Origin: Podarcis erhardii
Taxonomy: Eukaryota
Assembly (NCBI GenBank): GCA_964252035.1
Contig: OZ176200.1
DNA: 64,000 bases
Reading direction: 5' to 3' (one strand)
The notes under the pieces: generated by a model
The model's input: the letters and a program-made list of their open reading frames with translations, nothing else
Told to the model about the DNA's origin: nothing
The model's database searches: none
Program-made: the position numbers and the translations under genes
In this document: piece after piece, positions 38,277-51,663 of the stretch
Layout of the letters: the number at the start of each line of letters is the position of its first letter
Position numbering within the stretch: position 1 is the first letter of the stretch

Positions 38277-38601
38277 CAGAGGTCAGCAAACTTTTTCAGC
38301 AGAGGGCCGGTCCACTGTCCCTCAGATCTTGTGGGGGGCTGGACTATATTTTGAGGGGGGGAAATAATGAACGAATTCCTATGCCCCACAAATAACCCAG
38401 AGATGCATTTTAAATAAAAGCACACATTCTACTCATGTAAAAACACCAGACCGGCCTCACAAATAACCCAGAGATGCATTTTACATAAAAGGACACATTC
38501 TACTCATGTAAAAATACACTGATTCCCGGACTGTCTGCGGGCTGGATTTAGAAGGTGATTGGGCCAGATCCGGCCCCCGGGCCTTAGTTTGCCCACCCAT
38601 G
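38277..38601. mobile_element. hAT (Charlie-like) MITE
   Basis: TIRs cagaggtcagcaaact / agtttgcccacccatg, perfect 8-bp TSD atccagat, internal tandem duplication of about 70 bp. Confidence 0.9.
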
Positions 38602-38944
38602 ATCCAGATGATGCATTCTACTTCTCTTGTGTTGTCTGTTTCCTCCAGACCTGATTTGTGGTGATTCTCTTCATTTAGAAAAAGGATAATAAAAGAACTT
38701 AACACTAGCTTTCTTTCAGCAAGCACAGCTCTATTGAGACTTCTCACACCATTGTGCTTTTAATTAGAAACTTCTTCCTTGCAGGTTTTGCCTCTAATTG
38801 CTTACTGTTCAATATGGTCTGGGCATTATTGATTCATTTGCCCTTTAATTAAATCAGTTCCTGCTCCCCACCAGTGGGCATTTTAGATACTGTTTTCCTC
38901 CCCTTAATATTTCTTTTACTTTTTTAATTGCAAAACAGCTCTAT

Positions 38945-38946
38945 GA

Positions 38947-38986
<40 letters not shown>
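38945..38986. repeat. (GAAA)n microsatellite
   Basis: Direct reading. Confidence 0.95.
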
Positions 38987-41975
38987 ATAGAGGAAAACCC
39001 CAGGCCTGTTGGAGGAAAGGCACTGACTGATTAAGGAGTCATTCGTCAGCAAAGCCAAGGCTCATAAAAAAACATAAAGAAACTGGAGATTTAAACTACA
39101 AAGTGGAAGCTTCTAATTAAAGTCACATGGGATCTTTGCATAATAGGACTTACTTCTGAGTAAATATCTTAGATATTTGGAACATTATCATAGGGATGGG
39201 CTTTGCAATTAATATAGTGCTATAGTTAGTATGAGGTATAATTACCACTTTAATTCTGTTTCCAGCTAATTTCAGAAAGGCAATACTTCAGCACCTTTAA
39301 ATAAAACTAGTATGGATGTAACCAAACATACAAATAAACCCCAATAACATTTAGTCATCAGAATATCATCCCTTTCTTGCCATTTTGTTGTACTATAAAT
39401 ACTCAGTTGTTCTTCACTGTATGGGCCACACCACATTATTAGTAAAGCTGTTGCACCTTTCCCCATTGCACCTTCCCATAGCCCTTACGGCTTGGCTACC
39501 AAGGATAACTTTGTCAAAGGTGGAGTGTCCTTAATACCAAAGGAGATGTGTGACATATGACATTAAGGACTTATTTCGACTTTTAGAAAACTGTATAACA
39601 TCTTAGAAAGGAAAATTATTAGCTAAAAGGACATAAATTAAAATCAAGCTAACAACAGGGCCTTTCATTCTCAAAAGTCATCTGTGCCACACAAACACTT
39701 CCCATCAGATGTTGTGATGGGGGTAATTCAGCACTGCAAGCTTGTTAGTAATTATTTCTCAGCGAGAATAATCAAAGGTGTTACCCCAATAAAAACAAGA
39801 CAACTGCTGAGACTCTTAATGAGAAACAAAAAAGTTTAGGAAACACTGACCTAATTGGAATAGAATGCATAAAGCTCAAATTGGTTCCTGCCAACTTTGC
39901 AGTTCGTCAAGACACTATGCAAACCAAGAGTTCAGGCAGAAGCCTATTCACACAATCAGCATGCTGCAGTTAACTGTACGATGCTAAAAATGGAAGTGGA
40001 TTCTGACAATAATTGCCAGTAGTTCAGTGGAGTTCAATTGTAGACAACACCATATTAGCTGTCAGGTGGAAACTCTGCACATGACATTCCCAGGTGTGTA
40101 ACCACAGATCTAGGGTAATAGATTTATTTAAAGGCGTGAGTTAGGTTGATCATGTGGCTGAACTGATAAAGAGTGTGAAAACATTTTATATGAATCACCT
40201 CTCAGAAACCAACCCCAAAGTGACACAGATATTTTGCATTCAGTCTCTTTGCACAACATTCCACAGAAGAGGAATCCTTCCCCCACTCCATCAGAAACTT
40301 CAAAACTGGGTGTGGGGGCGGTATATAGGGAAAGAAAAGAGATGGCATAAGTAGCACAATGTTTTGTGGCAGTCAGCCAATGGAAGAGAAATAAACTGTA
40401 ATAAAATTAGAAGCATAGCATTGCTTCTTTGAAATTCATTCCAAGACAAAGATGTTAACTTTGGCAATGCTTGGATAGCCATGCCATGCCAACAGAGATA
40501 TTGAGATTGAGGCTGAACATAGTGGAATTGGTCCAGAGAGGGACTGAAGACAGCTGACGAAGAGGTGTGTGCTGGAGGAGAGAGGAAGGAAAAAAACAGT
40601 GGAGAGCAATGGAGGGGAGGAGAACAGCGGGAGGGGGTCAGAAGCAAAGAGGTATCAGGGAGACAGAAAGAGAAGTGCAAAAATGAGTGGAGTGCTGAAA
40701 CAGGCAGAGGAAAAAGACGTTTATATACATATATATCTCAACATGAATGCCTGAGAACATTGCTTCCTTTCACCAGGTGTTATAATTTTGTTTACAATAC
40801 TCTTTAAAAATAGCCCCTGATGCCGCCCAAGAGCTTTGGTCTCCTGCTTTTGGAGAAACCTCCCTGAGAATTTGTGCCCCCCTCCCCACATTCCTCCTTT
40901 CTTACTCCCTTCTTAAACATGCTTTTATTGCTTAGATTTAATACAAATCTAGCCCGACAGCCCCCACAAGAATGAACCTGCCACCTTCCGAGATGGGGGG
41001 AAAGTCCTGTGGCTGCCACCCATCCACCCAAGACCCACAAGAAGTCTGCAGTGGCCCAGGTCATACCAGTTTTGCTTCTGTGCCCTTTTAAGGGAATAAA
41101 AAGTCAGGAAAAGCAGCAGGGCAAGGCACAAGGCTCCTTTCCCACCATACAAAGACTGGAGGCAAAGCTCTTTCCTGGACCGGGAGCTCTCTGCACAAAC
41201 AAAGCTTTCGCATGAGCTTCTTCTCAAACCTGACAGCTGGACGGAGCAGTCCAAAGGACGTTTCTCTCTCCAAGTCTAATTCCAGTAGTAGGATAAAAAA
41301 TCCTGGGATGAAAGAAGATGTTACATTCACACACTCAACTCTGTAGCCCTCCGGGGCTCAGAGTTCAAGGTGGGTAAGAATAGGAAGGAAGGGGAGAGAA
41401 CAAGATGGCTTTATCCTGACTTGTCGAGACTCATTGTAGCATACCAGACAACCAGAAAGGAATCGCCCAAAGATACACCAGACTCTCAGAGCAGCACAGG
41501 AAAGTCACTTCAAGTCTTCAGCTGGCAGAATTTTGCAGGAAGCCCAAGGAGGTGATTACTGCCCAGAGAGAGGCAGGCTGTACTTTTCCACCAGGATGTG
41601 ACCATTGCCTATATCTTGAGCGAGGGTCAAAAGGGCTAGCATTTCAAAGATTTGATGCAAGGAAATGATCCATCATGAGAATAATTTTTCCTATGGTGCT
41701 TACAAGTTACCCATAGTGCATTACAGCTATATGGGCTAGGGTCAAGCATGGCTCCACATAGAAAAAAAACAGCAAGCCTTCTGATGAGTTGCTGTCATGT
41801 GTTCTTTACAAGGGATCACCAAGGTCCCATCAACCTGCCTCAGAGATGGTGGCTCCTCCTGAGCCTAGTGCATGCCCAGCTCCTAATACCCTGTCAAGCA
41901 GTAGAGCCAAAAGCCTACCAACATCCATCAGATTTTTATTTTTACAGCAGCAGCCATATTAATTGTTGTAGCCTT

Positions 41976-42893
<918 letters not shown>

Positions 42894-42899
42894 CTAAGG

Positions 42900-44100
42900 C
42901 CACCACCTCTGCCCGGTGGGCTCCAAGGAGACATGGCAACCACCGAGGTCCCTGCCCACCACCAGGCTGGCCTGCCGGGGTTAGGACCAGGGCTCGCTGG
43001 ATGATGGTTCTCCCTGCCAGGGCTGGAACTGATGCTGCCGCCGCCACCTCCTGCTGCTCCTGGTCCCTCAGAACACCTTCCCTGCCCTCCGAGCTGGGCC
43101 TCCTCCGGAGTCTGGTGGCGGCCCCCTGCGCTCCTGGGACCTCGAGGGCGGGAGAGGAGCTTCTTGGCGCGTGGGGCGGACGAAACTCCCGCTCCAGAGC
43201 TGCTCGCTTGCTTGCCGCCTCTTCTCGCAGCCCACCTTTCCCTCCTCGAGGGCGACCGGGACCGAGCAGCCGCTCCAGCCCTCAGCAGGGACCCCGCTCG
43301 CGTGGCCCCGTCGCGCGTCCGTCCAGACAGGCGCTGACCTCGGCCCTCCCGGCTTCTCGCTCCGGGGCTCCCTGCTAGGTCTGAGCTCGGCTCCCACACA
43401 CACGAGCCCGGCGCCTAGCGACTCGTCGCCATGGAAACCTCCACGCGGGATCGCCCGCCTATGGCAGAGCCCGACGCTTCGGACGGGGCGGGACTACGCG
43501 CTCGTTCGCCGCCGCCGCCCCCCTTCCCGCGACACACAGCCTGCGAAGAGTGGAGGAGTTTTTTAAACCAATCCGGCTAACTGAGCTGTGAGGGCGGGGG
43601 GGGGGGCGGCGGCGAGAAGCCACGCCTCGTGGCCCCTGCCCTCGTGGCTCCGTCTTCTAAAGGGAGGAGGGAGGCGTTCGCGCGAGGGCTCCTTTAACGG
43701 CTGCCGGGGTGGCAACCCCGCCCCTCGCTCGCCCGCAGCGGCGGCAGCCTCGTCCCGGCTACTCGCCCCCTTCGGCTCCCTCCTCTCCACGCCCTACAAG
43801 CCCCACTCGCCTCCGCCATAGACAGCGCCGCCTCACCACGTGGCTCCCGCCCCTTTAAACTGCTGCGCTAACAGGTGGCAATTTCAACAGGTGCAGGTTG
43901 GTCGTTGCTTCGACCCCCGCCCCGCCCCCACCCGCGACTAGGAGATGCAGGGACGTGGAGGAGATTTGCCCGCCCCCCCCCCCGGCCGAGGTCCATTTCT
44001 GCGTGTGGCGCCCGGAAGGTACAGAAGCCCAGAAGGAGAGTCCCGAGTGAGAGAGGACGAGGCATGGGCGTAGCCAGATTTATGAGGGGGAGCAGGCTTT
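42900..44100. promoter_or_regulatory. CpG island, LRRC10B promoter and 5' leader
   Basis: Dense CpG and GC in an otherwise CpG-depleted window; GC boxes; on the minus strand ATTGG followed by TTTAAAAAA (43572-43559). Boundaries approximate. Confidence 0.85.
43425..43438. promoter_or_regulatory. RFX X-box
   Basis: GTCGCCATGGAAAC fits GTYNCC-AT-RGNAAC exactly. Confidence 0.65.
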
Positions 44101-45799
44101 ATGTTAGTGCGGGAGCAGAGTTATCTGCGAGGCAGTTGGTATTTTTATTATCAGCTGCAGCTGCGCCCCCCTGGCTACGCCCATGTGACGAGGGGCTGCA
44201 AAAGGGCGGGAGTGGGAAGCAGCAGCAGCAACCACCACAGTGAGGACGACGGTCGATTTCCCCTCAGCACCCAAAGTCCACACTGCGAAGCGAAAAGGCT
44301 TCCCAGTAATGTTGCTGCCACAGATTCCCTAAAGAGAAGGCACACACGAGTGTTAATACTGCAGGGTAGCATCTGTTGGTTGGAAACTAACAGCACCCAG
44401 TCACATGGGAGCAAGCCCCATTGTGTCCACTGAGGCTTACTTTTGAGTAAGCAGACTTATCAGACTTACTCTTTTTTAAAGAGCTTGATCCTTGTAACAA
44501 CCGAAAGATTGCTCTCCACATTTTACAGCTGAGAAACTGAAGGCCCATTGTCACAGCTGCTTGCTGGATGGTATCCACAGTGATTTGCAGCTGTGGTGCC
44601 ATGTGCCGAAGTTGTGGTGCAAAAGCCACAAGAGTAGATGCAGAACTCCGCATGAGCTGGTTTTCAAGGCACTGCTGGCAAAAGTAGCTTTTTGAGTACT
44701 TCAACAATCTATAAAAAGCGAATCCACACAGACTTCTTGTGCGCATTTGGCACTGATTGTCGTATTACGTCAGTTCGTCGCATCTGCTGCTGGAAGTCAG
44801 TGCAACAAATACAGTATCAGGTTAGGAGGCAAACCATTAAAAGGTACAACAGTTGTATGAAGACTCTGGCCTCTGGTTATATAAAATCAGTTTTTAGTAT
44901 AGAAAACACTAGATTTCATTCAGTTAACACACAGAAGTAAGTCTGTGAACCAAGAGCTAAACATTTACATTCAGGCAGCCAAAGACTGGCTATTTAAGTT
45001 AGGAGAACTTGCTTCAGGAATCTTGGTGACTTCAAATTTCTAAGCTGCCACATAGAACTGATTATCGTGTGAAAAGTATCCCTATGCATGACTTCAAAAA
45101 TAATAATATAGATTTGCTCCCTTACATGCCACTGGTTTCTAATCTGGTGCATAGACTAGCAAAGCACCCTAAATCTACACCCTAAATCAGCCTTCTGCCC
45201 TTGAAGTAAACTTTAAGATACAGAAACACTCATATTAAAGAGCATGTTTAAACATGAGTTATAGGAGTAAATATGTGGCCATAGCCACAGTGTGTAGAAA
45301 AGAATTCCTGCACCTGCCTAAAATGCATAAATTACAAATCCCATCCATAAAATAGAGGCTAACATTTATGATAAATGCACATTCAGAGGATGAGAAAAAT
45401 AAGGCTCTTTCAGATCCTGGTCTAGCTCCCATAAAAATGAGCAATTGTTTTTTCATTAACTTTATTTGCAGGCACATCAGAACCTCAGAGTTCTATACAC
45501 AGAGTTTGCTTAGCACACAGTCAGATCAGTACTGCCTTATTCCCCATGAACTATATTAACGTATCCCCATTGGTAGGCTTGTTATTTCAGTACCAACTCC
45601 CCCTCAGTCATATATCTATATCTCCATCGTCATGAGTGACACTCGCTCTGAATTATTCTCACTCCAGATGGTTGTAAAGGTGATGGGGATTCTTTTTCCA
45701 GAGCTATATGTAGACTTCTCTGCCTTCTGCAGACATAGTTACCAGCTGATGTTGCAGATCTGATCCATACCCATTTTAAACTTCCCTCTAGTATAATAG

Positions 45800-45980
45800 A
45801 GTCCATGGCTAAGTGGTAGAGCATCTGCTTTGCATGACAAGGATCCCAGGTTAAATTGCCAGCATCTCCAGATGAGGCTGGGAGATACTTCTACCTGCAA
45901 CCATGGAATGCTGCCACCAGTCCATGTAGACACTATTGAGCTAGATGGACAAAGTGTAAGGAAGCTTCTATATTTCCTAT
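45800..45980 (+). mobile_element. tRNA-derived SINE (Squam3-like)
   Basis: A box ggctaagtggtagagc, B-box-like ccaggttaaattgcc, body tagacactattgagctagatggac and tail gcttctatatttccta. Confidence 0.8.
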
Positions 45981-48900
45981 GTATAGCTAACCATGAAGTA
46001 GTAGCCCATTTTTTAGGAAATTGCCACCATTGTCATCCAGTACACCACATACAGTGGAATGGGGAACCCTTTTGGCCCAGTGTGTCCAGATCTGTACCTC
46101 TGCCCCTCCCCCTTGTATGCACACACACACATAGCAGCAGCAGCATATGTTATATAGGCTTCTACAAATGTGGAAGACACTCCACCCCACCCACCCACCC
46201 ACAGTGTGTAGAACAAAACACAATTTGGGACAAGAACCCCCTACTCACTCAAAGTTGAAGACAAGAAACAGCATGGGCTGCTTATCTTCAGAAAATGCAA
46301 CTAATCCATCTGGGGAAATATAAACACAGATATTCAGTGGGAGGGAGAGAGCAGAGAGGGAGGCTCAGGCAGCACATTAGATATGTAAGAGAACAGCCTA
46401 GAAGAGGGTGCAGTTCTGCAGGGTGTACACAAAGATGAAGATGTCAGGGTTATGAAAGAGGGAGGAGATGATCCTCGCGTACAGGACTCTTCTAGTCATG
46501 TGCTGGCTGACAAGTGAGAGGATGACGTTGAAAGCAAAACAAAACCCAAGCCCAGAAATGATCAAATAGCAGAAGGAAATGGTTTTTAAAGGCGAGCTTC
46601 TAATGGAGTTAGCCCCACATAGCTTCACTAGGAAAGAGGTGGCATCAGATAACAATCTAAAAATTTCAAAGAAGTTAAACTATGGATGGCTGGGAGAAAG
46701 TTTTGGAGCAAAAAGTTAAAAGTAAGGAAACATTTTATTGGCACTCAGAGGCATCAGGCTAATGAAAACCTTTGCTTGCAATATTACAGTCACACCATGA
46801 GGCCACAAAAAGAACCCGATAGTACCCTTAATGAACTAAGGATTTAAATTAAATTGCTTTTTTACTGCTTTCTTTTCCCATCCCAAAAGCTGTCCTAAAA
46901 GCTATAGTCATGCTAGCTGTTTAACTCTATATACACACATGCAAAAACCAGCCATTCCTTTTGCCCCATTTTAAAATCATCTTGGCTTGCATTAAACTCT
47001 TTCATTATCAAGCAGCAAATGCATTCCATGCACCAACTAAGTTCAAGGAGAGTTCTGTCTAGGTCCTAGGACAACAACATGCTGAGGTGTGTATGTGGCA
47101 GAACCATCTCAGTTTCCTCCTAGTTTGAAGAAGAGATCAGACATGCTGTCACATTCCAAGGCACAATGAGAAACTGATCTGATGCCAGATATCATTACGC
47201 TGAGCTTAAAGCTGCAACGTGTGTGGTACATTTGAGAGAAGTATTTCTTTTCAGTGTTGGAGCAGCCTGTGCCACCAGCTCATGAAACATTGACTAGGAG
47301 TGAAAACTCATCCACAGAGAGAAATGTGAGAAATGGAAAAAGGAAAGCAGTACACTGTGACTCCTATTAATACTGGGCAGAAAACTGAGAACCAGAGCTG
47401 AAATGGTGTGCATTGCACCTGAAGGAAAAGAGAAATCAAGGTGTCAGTTCCATGCTGAAAAGGGGAAGGGAGACTGCGTTCATGTAACAGTGAGGCGGGG
47501 AGGGTACAGGTGTGTGTGTGTGTTTTGTCTTTACTATTCTTGGCCACAGGAGAAAGAGGCTTTTCATATGGGTCACACAATTAAAGGATACAGGGAATTC
47601 CAGCTCTGCATGCACCTCCCACTACTTCACACCATACAATGCTCCCCAACTGTGTGAATGTTTATTGCACAATGCATGAAAGAAGCTGTACCCTACTAGC
47701 TATGTAGGTGGGTGAATTTGCGTTTCACAGTACAAGGACATATGGGAAACCTTACTATATGGTGTTATATCACACCCTGCAGGGGACAAAAGATTCTACT
47801 GTTTCAGTGTTCTGTGTGTGTGTTTCTAACTCTATACCACGATCAGAAAGATAAAATATATTTGCTGCCACAAGGCAAATGTTAACTAGCATGCTGAGAA
47901 CAACATGCTAGTGGTACTGGTATGGGGACATTGTACCAGATACGGCATTAAATGAGTCTGATTGCAGTCTCAGCAGAGTGACACACAACCTTTATTATAC
48001 TACAGTTGTTGGGAACTGAAGAAATCCAGTGTACACATAGCAGGGTTGTTGGAAGAGTGCAACAGAAAGATGTCCTAGCTGTATATGAAGGAGATATTTG
48101 TGCTTTTGCAACACAAGACATTGTGTTTCAAGGTCACAGCATTCATCCACCCATTGTATTAGTGGAATATTTATACCATATACTAATCCTAGGAAAGACA
48201 AGTGTTGAGAAGTTTAGAAGTTGAAGAATAAATGTAGTTCCTGGTTCAGAGCATGCATCTGTTTTGGTCTGCCTTACATCTGGCACCTGCACATGAGGCC
48301 TCACTGTGATCATTCTACCCCAACCCTTCTGTTTCTTCAATCTTCACCAGACTCTTCATGAAAGTCATATCCATCTCTGCTTCCATGGGTATTTCTATAT
48401 CCATTTAGATGCTGTGCCAGTTCCATTAAACATATCAGCAATATAGTGTTTGAATTTATTTAAAACTATACAACCTTTAACAGTAAAATATGAATGATGT
48501 GACAGCGCTATCACTGTTGCTCCTTCCTTAGCATGTGGGATATTGTTCTGAGGCCCAAAGATATCAGTGTGGGGTCCAGTTTGGAACAGAGGCTGTAAAG
48601 AGGCAGAAAGACTAAAATCAATCACTAACCTTAATCTAAGCTTTAATGTTAGACTAACGTGTGTGTGTAAACGGCATAGAGGTTTTCGTTACAATCAAAC
48701 AATATACCAGTTTTGTTGAATAAATAGCCTTAACAGGAAGGAAGTTTAATGTTGAAAGGCAGAGAGAATGGAAGTGAAAAATGTCCGCATTTGTCTTCCC
48801 CAGCAAAATTAACCCATGGCAAATTTCCAGGACATTTCTGTGTATGGAAAAAGTGCAGTTGGTTCTATGAAATTTTACTTTTCAGAGAAGAAAAAAAGCG

Positions 48901-49400
48901 CTGGAGTTGTCTGTATGTATTCCTGGAATTCATCCATAAAACCGTAGGTGTTTCCAGTCTCACTATTTTCAGGTGGAATCCAATCATATACCAGAAAATT
49001 CAGATTGCATGCATATAGTTGATTGGGAGGTCTTGCACAAGAAACCTGCTTCCCCAAAAGACCAGACATTTTACAATAAGAAAAGAGGGAAAATGTTCTG
49101 GAAACTGGGATAACAGTTCCTTGGATGCAATGTCATCTAACCTCTCCATGAACACCAGAGTGAAAGCTCATTAAATAACTAATGTTTACTAATCTCCCTG
49201 CAAACAAATCAGAATGAGTGCCCAATAAAAAGGCCGTCTGGTTTGATTAAACCTGAGAAGCTCTAGACTCCAGTTTCCAAACAGTGGCCAAATTAAAACA
49301 GCATAACACACAATATTGCCCTTTTGACTCTGCAGGTACCTCTCAGATGCTTGATACTGCCAGCCTACTGTCCAATGATGCAATGGGTTATGTCACTTAC

Positions 49401-49488
49401 TTAGTTGGGCACAGTCGTCTGATGGAGAGCAGCAAAGCGGCGGTCATGGGGAGAATCACGATAGAATGGATCAACTGTTGTAATTGTC
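49401..49488 (-). CDS. SAXO4: SAXO4/PPP1R32 last coding exon
   Basis: ctacctttcag acceptor; (R)TITTVDPFYRDSPHDRRFAALHQTTVPN then TAA; resembles human TLTSADPFYQNTPHS. Confidence 0.88.
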
Positions 49489-49613
49489 CTGAAAGGTAGG
49501 AGGAGAAAGAATTACAAAAGAAAGGTCAGTTGGGGAAAACATAGAGGATTGAAAGAGGAATCGTACAGTAAAGGAAGGTCAGAGAAAAAGATCTACAACA
49601 AATCCAAGATTAC

Positions 49614-49778
49614 CTGCCAACATGAGGATGGATTGTCCTCAAGGTCTCTGTGGCATTGGGGTCAGTGCCTAAGTCAGTGGCATGGTTGTTAGTAGCAAAG
49701 CCACCAGGCTGCTGTGGCTGGATCCCTCCTCGTGTCCAGCCTTCCCTATCCACTCCCTTTGGAATGTTTTCATAAAAC
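49614..49778 (-). CDS. SAXO4: SAXO4/PPP1R32 coding exon
   Basis: 165 nt, (K)FYENIPKGVDREGWTRGGIQPQQPGGFATNNHATDLGTDPNATETLRTIHPHVG(R); AG/GT boundaries. Confidence 0.93.
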
Positions 49779-50044
49779 CTGATTGAGAGAAAGGATGAGT
49801 TATTCCACGTGTAGTTGAACTCACCTGCTGCCTCCGTTCTCCCTCAAAATCAGGTGTGTGTATATATCCTGCAAACAATGCACTTCTACAAATATCTGTT
49901 TCAGTACACGCCATCCACACAAACAGACCCAACAGCTGCACAAACCTTTGCTGTTTCAGTACTCCCAACGATGCACTCTCTAAAGCCCCTGCATGAAAAA
50001 TACCTGAAGGATAAAGGACCTGCAAGGCTTTTATGCAGATAGGA

Positions 50045-50393
50045 CAGGGGTCAGCAAACTTACTGTGCCTCAGGCCAGTGTCTCCAGCGCTGATCGCGCA
50101 GCAAGGTGGAGGAGCAGGTTCGCACATGCTATTTCCAGCGCAATTCCAGGTTGGAGGAGCACCGGAAATAGCTTGTGTGCATGTGCATGTGCATGGGCCT
50201 CCTCCAACCTGGATGTGCTCTGGAAATAACGCTTGCACATGCACACAAGCTATTTCTGGTGCTCCTCCGACCCGGAAGTGGGCAGACACGCAGCGCAGCA
50301 CCGGTAAGAGTGGGCAGCAGGGGTCACTGCGGGCCGGATAAACGAGTCCCTCAGGCCTTATCCAGCCCACGGGCCTTAGTTTGGGGACCCCCG
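50045..50393. mobile_element. hAT MITE in a SAXO4 intron
   Basis: TIRs caggggtcagcaaact / agtttggggacccccg, perfect 8-bp TSD agatagga, internal inverted repeat (about 50150-50270). Confidence 0.9.
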
Positions 50394-50480
50394 AGATAGG
50401 AAAATGGTACCTTAACAACAAGACATAGCCTGGGAATGTTACTTCTCCCAACACAGGTGGCCAACCAGTGTCAAACTTAC

Positions 50481-50575
50481 TTGGAGTTATAGCTAGTCAG
50501 GAATCTGGTGGGCAGATCTGGATCATGTGCAGGTGTCACATATTTAAGGTTATTGAGGCTGAATCCTGATGGTTC
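50481..50575 (-). CDS. SAXO4: SAXO4/PPP1R32 coding exon
   Basis: 95 nt, EPSGFSLNNLKYVTPAHDPDLPTRFLTSYNS+aa; tatgcag acceptor, gtaagt donor. Confidence 0.92.
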
Positions 50576-50685
50576 CTGCATAGAGAGGTCCATGAAAAGA
50601 GTAAGGGTCTAGTACCATAGGAGCAGAGCAAAGTGCCCAACAGATTATGAAGACGTAAGGCCTTGAGACTGTAGTTCAGGCATAC

Positions 50686-50802
50686 CTTGTGACCCACTTG
50701 TTCCCGACCTAGAAGATTGTTCTGTGTCTGAGGTTGATGCTGAAGCCCTTGGAACTGAGAGTGGCTCAGGGGACCTGGTGCCTCTACATCTGGTGGAACC
50801 GT
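50686..50802 (-). CDS. SAXO4: SAXO4/PPP1R32 coding exon
   Basis: 117 nt, TVPPDVEAPGPLSHSQFQGLQHQPQTQNNLLGREQVGHK; ccacag acceptor, gtatgc donor. Confidence 0.88.
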
Positions 50803-51414
50803 CTGTGGAGATTGAAGGTCATGAGTGAAGGAACCATTGTGGGCAGTGGAGGCTGGTCCATTAAGGCCCCACCAACCTTGCCTGCCTCCTCACAAGTCCA
50901 TGGGGAGGCAGATACTGTCAGCTTCTTCCTCCTTTGTCTCAGCCTGCCTGTCATTGGCTCTTGACTACCGCCTACTGTTGGCCTCCTGGCCTCCTCCCCA
51001 CCAATCCCAACATGCCCCAGCCACCACAGGTTGTAGGAGAAAGGGAGGCAACAAGGAAGACTGGGATCGAAATGAGGAAGGTTCTGTGAGTAAGATAGCC
51101 CACAGATGGTAGTAAGAGGAATAAGCAGAGACTCAGGAGAGGCTTCTGTTTGCGGACTCCGGCAGTGGAAGACAAATCCTAGAGAAAGCAAGAAAAGGGC
51201 CTAGAGAACAAAGGCAGGAAGAAAAATAGGTCACAGCAGGCAAAGATACATGAAAATGTAGATGAAAGGAAATGAGAGGTGCTGGCAGGGAAAGAGTGGC
51301 AGAGACTTCTAGAGAGAGCAGTGAAGGGAGATTGTGTAAGTAGGGAAAGCAGTTGGCAGAGGGAATGTACTAAAGGAAGCAGGATAGGTATTCTGGTGAT
51401 AAGGGGTCACTCAC

Positions 51415-51495
51415 TGGGGTACGGCCAAGATTCTGCCGACTGAATCCAGATCCCCTCTCAGAACCCTTTGACAGGACAGGTAGGAACTCATCACC
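51415..51495 (-). CDS. SAXO4: SAXO4/PPP1R32 coding exon
   Basis: 81 nt, GDEFLPVLSKGSERGSGFSRQNLGRTP; gacag acceptor, gtgagt donor. Confidence 0.92.
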
Positions 51496-51663
51496 CTGTC
51501 GGGAGGGGGACATATTAACGGTGAGTACATCACATGCAAACAGCCAACAAAAGGAAATACAGGAAGGGGGAAATGGCACTTTTGCCTGCCGGCAAAGCAC
51601 ATCCCTTCAACTGTTTTTACAGGTCTCCACCAGTAACAACCCTATTACAAATGGTCTCCTTAC

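Noticed and set aside
43815-43830. AGACAGCGCC resembling the right half of a REST/RE1 site
   Set aside because: The left half (TTCAGCACC) is absent at canonical spacing.
47995-48410. Possible extra minus-strand coding exons (MDIEIPMEAEMDM… and GLVYGINIPL…)
   Set aside because: No convincing donor joins them in frame and no homology was recognised; more likely SAXO4 3' UTR or intergenic.
49669-50454. 261-aa minus-strand ORF
   Set aside because: Runs through a hAT MITE and intron, and overlaps a SAXO4 exon in the wrong frame.
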